NCBI GenBank assembly: GCA_949293325.1 | Contig: CASFCZ010000058.1 | Coordinates: forward strand, 12,817 to 76,816 | Reading direction: 5' to 3' | Source of the DNA: an uncultured Eubacteriales bacterium | GTDB taxonomy: Bacteria; Bacillota; Clostridia; Lachnospirales; CAG-274 | Length of the DNA: 64,000 nucleotides | Shown here: one piece after another, positions 1 to 7,621 of the stretch | How positions within the stretch are numbered: position 1 is the stretch's first letter | Layout of the letters: every line of letters starts with the position of its first letter | Position numbers and translations under genes: made by a program | The notes under the pieces: model-generated | What the model was told of the DNA's origin: nothing | Database searches by the model: none | Seen by the model: only the letters and a program-made list of their open reading frames with translations

Positions 1-1
1 A

Positions 2-730
2 AGGGGTCTGGACAGAGCCGACGTGGCCGCCAGGACATACGTGCCAAAGTTTTCGGACTTTGCTGACCCTTACAAAACTGCTCTGCTTCTTGATATGGTA
101 CATAAGCAGTATGGCTATGAGCTTAATGTAATAAGCTGGGGTGGTACTGAAGATGCCGAAAGAAGAATGACGGGCTTTTTTCCTGAATATACGGAAGCTG
201 ATACAAAGGAATTTCCAATTACCTGTGTTGAAATAAGGCATAATCCAAAATTTTCCAGAGAATTGACACACAGAGACTATCTGGGGTCAGTCCTTGGACT
301 GGGAATAACAAGAGAAAAAACAGGAGATATTCTTATTCAGGACGGATGTGCCTATATATTTGCTGAAAAAGAGGTTGCCGAATACATAGCAGCAAACCTT
401 GAATATGTTGGACATACTAAGGTAAAGACGGCACTTTCTGACAGCTACAGAGGGGAAAGCCCAAGGGGTATTGAAAAAAGAATAACTGTATCCTCCCTCA
501 GACTTGATGCGGTGCTTTCCTCAGCCTTTAACCTTTCAAGGGGAAAGGTAAGTGACCTGATAAAGGGAGGCAAGGCTTTTATTAACTGGATACCTTCAGA
601 TAATGTTTCAAAGTCCGTTGCCCCCGGTGATATGCTTACACTCAGAGGAATAGGCAGGGTACGGCTTATTGAAACAGGTGGAATGACTAAAAGGGACAGA
701 CATTCCCTGACAGTTGAAATTTTTAAATAA
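2..730 (+). CDS. ylmH: YlmH-like S4-domain RNA-binding protein; 5' end probably cut by the window edge
   Basis: The frame is open to the window start. C-terminal S4-like segment VSSLRLDAVLSSAFNLSRGKVSDLIKGGKAFINW. From memory it aligns from about residue 30 of B. subtilis YlmH. It sits directly upstream of divIVA, as in Firmicute dcw clusters. Confidence 0.75.
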   Translation, partial: RGLDRADVAARTYVPKFSDFADPYKTALLLDMVHKQYGYELNVISWGGTEDAERRMTGFFPEYTEADTKEFPITCVEIRHNPKFSRELTHRDYLGSVLGLGITREKTGDILIQDGCAYIFAEKEVAEYIAANLEYVGHTKVKTALSDSYRGESPRGIEKRITVSSLRLDAVLSSAFNLSRGKVSDLIKGGKAFINWIPSDNVSKSVAPGDMLTLRGIGRVRLIETGGMTKRDRHSLTVEIFK

Positions 731-753
731 CGGTTTTTCTGCCGTTATTTTTT
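729..753 (+). terminator. weak intrinsic terminator after ylmH
   Basis: 5-bp stem aacgg/ccgtt followed by attttttt. Short stem, so low confidence. Confidence 0.3.
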
Positions 754-816
754 GCGCATAATACAGCGAAAAATGCTGTTAATTGACAGATTTTAAAAAG
801 AAATGGAGAGATCAGA

Positions 817-1299
817 TTGCTTACACCGGTAGATATCGAAAATGCAGAATTTAAAAGAGTTGCAAGGGGTAAGGGCTATGACTGTGACGAGGTAGATGAT
901 TTTCTTGACCTGGTAATAGTTGAGTTTGAAAAGCTCCTTAAGGAAAACACCCGACTCAATGACAAAATAGAAGTTATGTCCGAAGCTATTAAGCATTATA
1001 AGGATATGGAGGATACCCTTAAGGCATCTATAGTGAAGGGCGAAAAAACTGCCGAGGATACAAGGCAAAATGCCAAGACTGAGGCTGACCAGATAATAAA
1101 TGAAGCAAAGCAGAAGGCAACCCAGATACTTGACAGAGCAAACAGTGAACAGTATAAAATTGAAATAGAAATAAACAGGGTAAAGGCTCAATATGAGGCA
1201 CTTAGGGCTAAGCTTCGCACCCTCCTTAATTCAGAACTGGAGCTTTTGGAAAACTCTGCTGATGACTTTAAAATAACAGATACGGCATCTGCCGAATAA
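817..1299 (+). CDS. divIVA: DivIVA domain cell-division protein
   Basis: TTG start with GGAGAG 6 nt upstream. N-terminal motif LTPVDIENAEFKRVARGKGYDCDEVDDFLD, then coiled-coil sequence. Confidence 0.9.
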   Translation: MLTPVDIENAEFKRVARGKGYDCDEVDDFLDLVIVEFEKLLKENTRLNDKIEVMSEAIKHYKDMEDTLKASIVKGEKTAEDTRQNAKTEADQIINEAKQKATQILDRANSEQYKIEIEINRVKAQYEALRAKLRTLLNSELELLENSADDFKITDTASAE

Positions 1300-1320
1300 T
1301 AAAAAGATGTTTATAACCCA

Positions 1321-1357
1321 ATAAATAAAGAGGCTTCGGAATAATTCGAAGCCTCTT
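1321..1357 (-). terminator. hairpin plus T-run distal to repeat-element copy 1 (minus-strand sense)
   Basis: Minus strand reads gaggcttcg-aattattc-cgaagcctc followed by tttatttatt. It is a diverged duplicate of the hairpin at 1845-1876. Confidence 0.4.
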
Positions 1358-1844
1358 AGACTGTCCATAAAGCTTATAAACCGATTAATTTTAAATTAAA
1401 TAAATATCTAGCTTGCATTTTCAGGTAACTTAAATCGTCGCAGACTTTAATTATAAGTCAAAATAGTGTAATTAGATGAGTAGAACCGACTTTTTATTGT
1501 AGATAAAAAGCTTTGAGCCTCAGGACGGGTTTTACCCCTTCAAGGGCCGATACTATTGCTTTGCAATACTGCTCGCCTATACTATACAACCGGAAGTATA
1601 GTTAGTGTTTCTTAAGGGATTTTAATTTCCTTGAAAAACGGTTCACTACTTTCACGATTTCAGCAAAAGCCACCCAAAGATCTGGGAAATACTTTGCGAT
1701 GCAGAAGTGGCTACGTCATACCTCTGTTGCAAGAAATGATTACGCCGCAATGATGAATGCGAACATACCAAAGGTATGGCTTTCAGCTTTTGCTGAAAGT
1801 GCTTACAAGCAGTTCTTGCAAGCATGTCGACTTTTTCGACATCC
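1358..1844. repeat. structured intergenic element, copy 1 (largest, about 487 bp)
   Basis: Shares the left end agactgtc...ttaaataaatatctagc.tgcatttt.aggtaacttaaa.cgtcgcagactttaat and the right end tgcaagaa...ttcttgcaagc.tgtcgactttttcgaca with copies at 6484-6810 and 31092-31349. Carries extra internal blocks. No conserved ORF. Confidence 0.8.
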
Positions 1845-1876
1845 AGAGAGGCTTCGAAAAATCCGAAGCCTCTTTT
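1845..1876. repeat. hairpin proximal to element copy 1, duplicate of 1327-1357
   Basis: agaggcttcg-aaaaatc-cgaagcctctttt. Same 9-bp stem as the left-flank hairpin; the loop differs by 2 substitutions and 1 indel. Confidence 0.6.
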
Positions 1877-1883
1877 AGTATAC

Positions 1884-1917
1884 AAAAACTGCCGTCGGAG
1901 ACTTGCCCCGACGGCAG
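1884..1917 (-). terminator. intrinsic terminator of the scaffoldin-like gene
   Basis: Minus strand reads ctgccgtcgg-ggcaagtc-tccgacggcag followed by ttttt, about 40 nt after the stop at 1955. Confidence 0.8.
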
Positions 1918-1954
1918 TAAATCTACTTTATTGATAACAAATCAAACTGATTTA

Positions 1955-4900
1955 TTACTCTCCTCTTACCGCATAAATTGGTAATTCAAAGGAGTTATCA
2001 AGAGTATACTGCATAATGAATGATGCGTCATCTGCAGAAATACTACCATCAGCATTTACATCAGCAATAAGCATATAATCCTCTGGATATGCAGCCTCAC
2101 ATGGCATTACGTAAGCATTATCAAGAGTCTTCTGCATAATTACCGAACAGTCATCAGCTGTAACTAAACCGTCCATATTAACATCACCTGCAACACCAGG
2201 AGCTGGAGTAGGTTCTTCATCTGTTACAATATTAATTGTACGATCAATAACATCTACACCAAGGAGTTCGCTTCCAACTGCACCGTAGAAACCATTGTCT
2301 ACAAGTGTAACTTTAAGACCTGTATTGCCGGCTGCCTTAACCTGGAACTCAATAGCAGCTATAGCACCGCTATTGCTTACTACTGTAAGACCATCCTGAC
2401 CAACATAGTTGGCAATCTTAATCTTACCAAGCTGAGCAGCTGTCTTTGTACCATCTGCATTTACATCTGTAAAGTCAGGGTTAGATGCACTTGGTACATA
2501 GTTAATGCTCTGGTTAATGTTTTCAAGTGTATAAGCCTTTGTTCCGTCTGCAGTTGTTGCTGGATCAGCAGGATCAACTGCTGCTACAGCCTCAATAACA
2601 TTAGGATCATAACTTACAAAGAATGTATAGTTATTGAATGCTGCATTGTTTTCAAGGCCAAGGGCATCAATATTAAATACTACCTTGTCGCCTACAGCAG
2701 CTTTTACATCACCATTAGGAGTAATATCAACACCTACAGTACCTGCAGGAACAACTACCTGAGTTGTAGTCTCTGTTGTTGTTTCAGTAGTTGTTTCAGT
2801 AGTTGTTTCTGTTGTAGCTACTGTTGTATCAGTTGTTACATCACCCTCAACTACTACTGTGTTAGGTATGGAAACACCTGTGATAACATCACCTGAACCT
2901 GGAGCTGCAAATAAACCGTTCTCTACAAGAACAATCTCAAGATCAGATGAACCTGCACCAACTACCTCAAAGTTAAGAGCTACAAGTGTACCGCTGTTTG
3001 TAGCAACTGTATTTACATCAAGATAGTTAGCAATCTTAATCTTACCAAGTTCAGCAGCTGTCTTTGTACCGTCTGCACTTACATCAGTATAATCACCATT
3101 TGATGCACTTGGAACATAAGCAATACTACTTTCTATAAGATCAGGAGCATAAACTACTGCACCATTTGCAAGTGAATAACCACTAAGGTCACCTGGGTCT
3201 GCTACAGATACAGCCTTAAGAACGCTTGGGTTATACTTAATAAAGAATGTGTAGTTGTTGTAGCCAGCTGTAGCTTCAACACCTGAAAGATCAATATTTA
3301 CCTTTACTGTAGTACCAACAGCATCAGCTGCAAGTGTCTGAGAACCTGCATCTGAAGCAACGCCTTCTACAGAAGCACCGATATTAATAGTGCCTACAAC
3401 AGGAGCAGTTGTTGTTGTTTCTGTAGGAGCCTCTGTTGTTGTTTCTACAGAAGCTACTGTTGTTGTCTCAGTAGGAGCTTCAGTAGTAGCCTCTGTTGGA
3501 GTTGTACTTCCGCCCTTTGCAATTATATCAACACCGTAAACAGGAGCATTTGTACCCTTACCTATGAAGTAGATAGTATCACCTGCTGCTACATCAGCAG
3601 TAAGTGTTGTATAGGTATCTGCAGTTACATTATTACGTCCGTCAATAGCTGAACATGTGCTGCCTGCTGTAACAGGACCTGCTGTAAGGTATACTTCCTT
3701 ACCTGCACCAACCTTAACATCTACCTTAACGGTAATGTCTGTCTTAGCTGTAACGGAGAAAGCTACACGATAGTTTCCGGAAGAACCGTCAACATTAAGC
3801 TGTGTATTTGTACTTGTACTTACAAGGTTAGTTGTGTATGAGTTGTCACCAATGGTAACAGCACCCTCAGTGTTTGCAGTTATATCAAGATTCTGCATAG
3901 CTACGATTGAAGCATTTGCATCGTCATAAGCAGTTGCACCTGAAGCTATAGGAACACTTGGAATATAAGCATAGCTTCCTGAAGGAGCAGGAGCTTCGGT
4001 AGTTGCTTCTGTTGGAGCTTCAGTAGTTGCTTCTGTTGGAGCTTCGGTAGTTGCTTCTGTTGGAGCTTCAGTAGTTGCTTCTGTTGGAGCCTCTGTAGTA
4101 GTATCTGCAGGAGTATCACCACCGCTTACGATAGAAGCAGTATATACTCTTGCACCTCTTGCTGTATAACCTGCAGTAGAAACTATTTTATATGTACCGT
4201 CTGCCTGTATATCTACAGTACCTGTTGTTCTTCCGTTTGAAGAACCAACAACTGTCTGAGTAAAGATAGCAGAACCGCTTGCATCAACTACTGATACAGA
4301 TGATTCATTTGTTGAGCCTGTACTTGAATAGTCAAACACAAGCTTGTCTCCTGCCTTTGCTTCAAAAACAAGAGCACCGCCTGCATCCTTTGCAAGTTCA
4401 ACAGATGCAACGCCACCTGTTGATGAAGTTCTCTTCTGAACAGTACCCTCAACACTGAAGCCTGTTCCAGCGATTTCATCAGATGTAAGAGCTTCCTTAT
4501 CTGCAGCTGCTGTTAATGCTGTAGCATCAAAGCCGTTTCCTGCAACTACAGGAGCCTCAGTTGTTGCTTCTGTAGGAGCCTCTGTTGTTGCTTCGGTTGG
4601 AGCCTCAGTTGTTGCTTCGGTTGGAGCTTCAGTAGTTGTTTCTACTGGTGTCTCTCCACCTTCTGCTGCAAATGTCATTCCGTAGAAATTAACTGCTGCA
4701 TCAGGAGCAGCCACATAATATGTACCGGCTGCTGGAACTGTAAATACAGCAGGCTCATATACATATGTAGTTGCATCAACTATAGGACCGGATGTTGCAC
4801 TTGCAAGTATTGTAGCAGCATCTGAACTATAGAAATTAATTGTTCTTGGATCAGCATTTGAACCTGTTACAAAGTAAACAGTAAGTGTACCTGCTGAAGG

Positions 4901-5239
4901 TGCTGTAACTGTAAAAGAACCTTCTCCACCAGGAGTACCCTTACCTCCTACCTGAAGTCTGTTGGAAAATGTTGCACCATCTGCGAATACCTTATCATTG
5001 GTAGTTACCTTTGACTTAGTACTAGCAGGAGTATAGCTGAACATTTCGCCAAGATCAGGGCTTGCAGTCAATGGATTTTCAAGAGCAAGATCATCTGCTG
5101 ACCATGAGGTTGCAGTTGCATAAGCTTCTACAGTGCCTACCTGCTCATCCGCTGCATAGACAGGGCCTGCATAAGCGCTTGTTAAAAGCATTGCAGCTGT
5201 CAAAATGCTACTGATAATTCTTTTTGTAGATTTTTTCAA
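1955..5239 (-). CDS. secreted scaffoldin-like protein: signal peptide, three related beta-sandwich modules, two cohesin-like modules, C-terminal dockerin
   Basis: TTG start at 5239 preceded by AAAGGAGGAAG. Signal peptide KKSTKRIISSILTAAMLLTSAYA. Cohesin-like blocks (VKVNIDLSGVE..YNNYTFFIKYNPSVLKAVSV; VVFNIDALGLE..FNNYTFFVSYDPNVIEAVAAV). Dockerin GDVNMDGLVTADDCSVIMQKTLD...DVNADGSISADDASFIMQYTLD. T/E/A/P linkers. Confidence 0.8.
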   Translation of the reverse strand: MKKSTKRIISSILTAAMLLTSAYAGPVYAADEQVGTVEAYATATSWSADDLALENPLTASPDLGEMFSYTPASTKSKVTTNDKVFADGATFSNRLQVGGKGTPGGEGSFTVTAPSAGTLTVYFVTGSNADPRTINFYSSDAATILASATSGPIVDATTYVYEPAVFTVPAAGTYYVAAPDAAVNFYGMTFAAEGGETPVETTTEAPTEATTEAPTEATTEAPTEATTEAPVVAGNGFDATALTAAADKEALTSDEIAGTGFSVEGTVQKRTSSTGGVASVELAKDAGGALVFEAKAGDKLVFDYSSTGSTNESSVSVVDASGSAIFTQTVVGSSNGRTTGTVDIQADGTYKIVSTAGYTARGARVYTASIVSGGDTPADTTTEAPTEATTEAPTEATTEAPTEATTEAPTEATTEAPAPSGSYAYIPSVPIASGATAYDDANASIVAMQNLDITANTEGAVTIGDNSYTTNLVSTSTNTQLNVDGSSGNYRVAFSVTAKTDITVKVDVKVGAGKEVYLTAGPVTAGSTCSAIDGRNNVTADTYTTLTADVAAGDTIYFIGKGTNAPVYGVDIIAKGGSTTPTEATTEAPTETTTVASVETTTEAPTETTTTAPVVGTINIGASVEGVASDAGSQTLAADAVGTTVKVNIDLSGVEATAGYNNYTFFIKYNPSVLKAVSVADPGDLSGYSLANGAVVYAPDLIESSIAYVPSASNGDYTDVSADGTKTAAELGKIKIANYLDVNTVATNSGTLVALNFEVVGAGSSDLEIVLVENGLFAAPGSGDVITGVSIPNTVVVEGDVTTDTTVATTETTTETTTETTTETTTQVVVPAGTVGVDITPNGDVKAAVGDKVVFNIDALGLENNAAFNNYTFFVSYDPNVIEAVAAVDPADPATTADGTKAYTLENINQSINYVPSASNPDFTDVNADGTKTAAQLGKIKIANYVGQDGLTVVSNSGAIAAIEFQVKAAGNTGLKVTLVDNGFYGAVGSELLGVDVIDRTINIVTDEEPTPAPGVAGDVNMDGLVTADDCSVIMQKTLDNAYVMPCEAAYPEDYMLIADVNADGSISADDASFIMQYTLDNSFELPIYAVRGE
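3990..4100. repeat. in-frame 24-bp tandem array (about 4.5 units) encoding a TEAPTEAT linker
   Basis: Unit ggagcttc(g/a)gtagttgcttctgtt repeats head-to-tail inside the scaffoldin CDS. Confidence 0.85.
4551..4646. repeat. second in-frame 24-bp tandem array (4 units), same linker type
   Basis: Unit ggagcctc(a/t)gttgttgcttc(t/g)gt(a/t). Near-identical to the array at 3990-4100, about 450 bp away in the same gene. Confidence 0.85.
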
Positions 5240-5338
5240 ATTACTTCCTCCTTTTATAATAAATATTTTATCCCTCTGTGTAGCTGTCTTTGCCAATGCC
5301 CATAGCAACAGACATAACTCCCCATAGGATTTGTTATT

Positions 5339-5367
5339 ATTATATAATAATTGAAATATTTTTGCAA
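5339..5367 (-). promoter_or_regulatory. candidate sigma-A promoter of the scaffoldin-like gene
   Basis: Minus strand reads TTGCAA, 17 nt, TATAAT, about 100 nt upstream of the TTG start. Confidence 0.4.
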
Positions 5368-5450
5368 CATCCTACCAACGCATTAATCAAGTTTTTTTCA
5401 TTTTTGGATAAATTGCACAAATTTAATTAATAAAAAATAGTCAATTATTC

Positions 5451-5477
5451 AAAAAGCCTGCCGATAAACCGACAGGC
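5451..5477 (-). terminator. intrinsic terminator of the SDR gene
   Basis: Minus strand reads gcctgtcgg-tttat-cggcaggc followed by ttttt, 20 nt after the stop at 5498. Confidence 0.7.
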
Positions 5478-5497
5478 GTAAATTTGTCAAATTATAA

Positions 5498-6298
5498 TCA
5501 AGGCTGCTTGCCGATATAAGCAAGGATACCGCCGTCTACGTAAAGTACGTGACCGTTTACAAAGTTAGAAGCCTCTGAAGCAAGGAACACTGCTGGACCT
5601 GCAAGGTCTGAAGCATCTCCCCATCTCTCAGCAGGAGTCTTTGCAATAATAAACTGGTCAAATGGATGTCTTGAACCGTCAGGCTGGATTTCTCTTAATG
5701 GAGCAGTCTGTGGAGTTGCAATGTAACCAGGTCCGATACCGTTACACTGGATGTTATACTTACCATACTCGGAACAGATGTTACGTGTAAGCATCTTAAG
5801 ACCACCCTTAGCAGCTGCATAAGCAGAAACGGTTTCACGACCAAGCTCACTCATCATAGAGCAGATGTTTATAATCTTGCCGTGACCCTTCTTGATCATG
5901 CTTGGAATAACAGCCTTTGAAACAATGAAAGGAGCGTTAAGGTCAACGTCAATAACAGCACGGAAATCAGCTGCTGACATTTCAAGCATAGGGATACGCT
6001 TGATAATACCTGCATTGTTTACAAGGATGTCAATAACGCCTACTTCCTTCTCGATCTTAGCAACAAGCTCGTTTACAGCCTCCTCATTTGTTACGTCGCA
6101 AACATAGCCATGAGCATTGATGCCTGCTTCCTTATAAGCAGCAAGGCCCTTGTCAACAAGCTCCTGCTTGATGTCGTTAAAAACGATGGTTGCACCACAG
6201 GCAGCCATACCCTTGGCAATAGCAAAGCCTATACCATAGGATGCGCCTGTTACAAGAGCAATTTTGCCCTCTAATGAAAAGTTTACAGAATTATCCAT
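5498..6298 (-). CDS. SDR-family oxidoreductase, gluconate 5-dehydrogenase-like
   Basis: Rossmann motif TGASYGIGFA, NNAG, and catalytic S..YAAAKGG. Overall pattern resembles Gno/IdnO/KduD-type SDRs. Confidence 0.8.
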   Translation of the reverse strand: MDNSVNFSLEGKIALVTGASYGIGFAIAKGMAACGATIVFNDIKQELVDKGLAAYKEAGINAHGYVCDVTNEEAVNELVAKIEKEVGVIDILVNNAGIIKRIPMLEMSAADFRAVIDVDLNAPFIVSKAVIPSMIKKGHGKIINICSMMSELGRETVSAYAAAKGGLKMLTRNICSEYGKYNIQCNGIGPGYIATPQTAPLREIQPDGSRHPFDQFIIAKTPAERWGDASDLAGPAVFLASEASNFVNGHVLYVDGGILAYIGKQP

Positions 6299-6453
6299 TA
6301 TTTAGACCTCCGTTATCATTATGTATTAAGCTTTTCTCAAAACTTACCTTTATCATAGCACAATTTTTTTTAAATGTCCATAGCACAATTTTTTTCTTTA
6401 GTAAAAAAGCAGATAATAAGTTTTATATTACCCTTAAATAATGTCTTTTGTCA

Positions 6454-6481
6454 CAAAAAAAGGAAAAGGCCTGCCTTCTCC
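6454..6481 (-). terminator. hairpin plus T7 terminator distal to repeat-element copy 2
   Basis: Minus strand reads ggagaagg-cagg-ccttttcc followed by ttttttt. Sequence is unrelated to the hairpin on the other side of the element. Confidence 0.6.
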
Positions 6482-6483
6482 CC

Positions 6484-6810
6484 AGACTGTCAATCAACCT
6501 ATAAAACGATGGACTTTTTGAATTAAATAAATATCTAGCCTGCATTTTTAGGTAACTTAAAGCGTCGCAGACTTTAATCCGCAGGACGGGCTTTGCCCGT
6601 TCGAGGGTATAGTGAGAGTTTCTCAAGGGGTTTTAATCCCCTTGAGGAACGGTTCACTACTTTCTATGGTGGGTATGTCAGTACCCCTACTGCAAGAAAT
6701 GCTTGCGCCGCAAAGATTGATGCGGACATACCGAAGGTATGGCTTTCAGCTTTTGCTGAAAGTGCTGACAAGCATTTCTTGCAAGCGTGTCGACTTTTTC
6801 GACACGCTGA
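6484..6810. repeat. structured intergenic element, copy 2 (about 327 bp)
   Basis: Same ends as copies 1 and 3. Nested hairpins: acgggc/gcccgt, tagtga..tcacta enclosing ctcaagggg/ccccttgag, gggtat/gtaccc, a long tgcaagaaatgcttg stem capped by three small hairpins, and gcgtgtcga/tcgacacgc. Confidence 0.85.
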
Positions 6811-6846
6811 GCCTTGCATAGGAAAAATTTCTATGCAAGGCTTTTT
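6811..6846. terminator. hairpin immediately after the cwlD stop; has a T-run only on the plus strand
   Basis: gccttgcatag-gaaaaattt-ctatgcaaggc then ttttt on the plus strand. On the minus strand (cwlD sense) it runs straight into the element with no U-tract. Confidence 0.5.
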
Positions 6847-6847
6847 A

Positions 6848-7516
6848 TTATACAGCACCCTCTCCGCAATAATCCATTACACCCATATATATTGCCCATG
6901 CAATATGCTTACGGTACTCCTCATCAAGGAGTTTTGCCCTTTCCTCATCATTGGAAAGAAAGCCGCACTCCACTATTACCGAGGGAACAGAGCTGTTTTT
7001 CAGTATGTAATAACTGCCGTCTGCCTTTGCCATACGTGTATTACCTACATCAGCCACCTCTGCAAGACGCTTCTGTATGGCAACGGCAAGGGACTTGCCT
7101 GCCTCAGAATCCTTTTTATAAAACACCTGGGCACCGTGTACATCCTCACTGGGGAAGGAATTTTGATGAATACTGATAAATATATCCATATCCTCGGACT
7201 TTGCAAACTCTACCCTTTCCTTAAGGTCATTTCTTTTATCCTTTGACAATGCCTCATCCTCCAGCCTTGTAAGGGTAACATTTGCACCACCCTGACGCAT
7301 ATAGCCTGCAAGCAGCTCAGCTATGGCAATGTTAATATCCTTTTCCTCCGTACCGTCTGATGCAACCTTTCCAGGGTCATAACCTCCGTGACCTGCATCT
7401 ATAATGATGTTTTTACTGTCAACAGGCATAGAGGCAGTTGAAGTATTTGAAAGATGCCATGAGTATATGACACCTATGACTATTAAAATTATGTATATAA
7501 CAGCTATTCTTTTCAT
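6848..7516 (-). CDS. cwlD: N-acetylmuramoyl-L-alanine amidase, CwlD-like (spore cortex muramic lactam)
   Basis: ATG at 7516 with GGAG 7 nt upstream. N-terminal TM segment. Amidase_3 motifs IIIDAGHGGYDPG, ISIHQNS and ECGFLSN. Confidence 0.8.
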   Translation of the reverse strand: MKRIAVIYIILIVIGVIYSWHLSNTSTASMPVDSKNIIIDAGHGGYDPGKVASDGTEEKDINIAIAELLAGYMRQGGANVTLTRLEDEALSKDKRNDLKERVEFAKSEDMDIFISIHQNSFPSEDVHGAQVFYKKDSEAGKSLAVAIQKRLAEVADVGNTRMAKADGSYYILKNSSVPSVIVECGFLSNDEERAKLLDEEYRKHIAWAIYMGVMDYCGEGAV

Positions 7517-7572
7517 AACAAGCTCCGTGAAATCATCTATAATATATATATTCACAAAGGGCTGTCTTATTC

Positions 7573-7611
7573 AAAAAAAACAGGACTGTCTTCCCTAAGG
7601 GTCAACAGTCC
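7573..7611 (-). terminator. intrinsic terminator of M13 peptidase gene 1
   Basis: Minus strand reads ggactgt...acagtcc followed by tgtttttttt, 10 nt after the stop at 7622. Confidence 0.75.
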
Positions 7612-7621
7612 CATTTTATAT

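Noticed and set aside
1652-1984. ORFs 1652-1885(-) and 1757-1984(+) inside repeat-element copy 1
   Set aside because: They lie within the structured repeat. The only peptide similarity to copy 2 (MRTY.RYGFQLLLKVLTS.SCK.VDFFD) falls in the segment that copy 3 lacks. There is no RBS, and the differences between copies preserve base pairing rather than codons.
3990-4646. Regular 24-bp repeats considered as a CRISPR-like or non-coding satellite array
   Set aside because: The units are contiguous with no unique spacers. They are in frame within a long ORF and encode a TEAPTEAT linker like those in other cohesin/dockerin proteins.
5240-5308. N-terminal extension of the scaffoldin ORF (track start 5308, MLWALAKTATQRDK...)
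   Set aside because: A strong AAAGGAGGAAG RBS sits immediately upstream of the TTG at 5239, which begins a canonical signal peptide. The extension has no RBS and would bury the signal peptide.
6423-7246. ORFs 6423-6626(-), 6593-7246(+), 6612-6821(+), 6664-6858(-) and 6814-7176(+)
   Set aside because: They overlap repeat-element copy 2 or run antisense to the well-supported cwlD gene. They have low-complexity or odd composition and no RBS.
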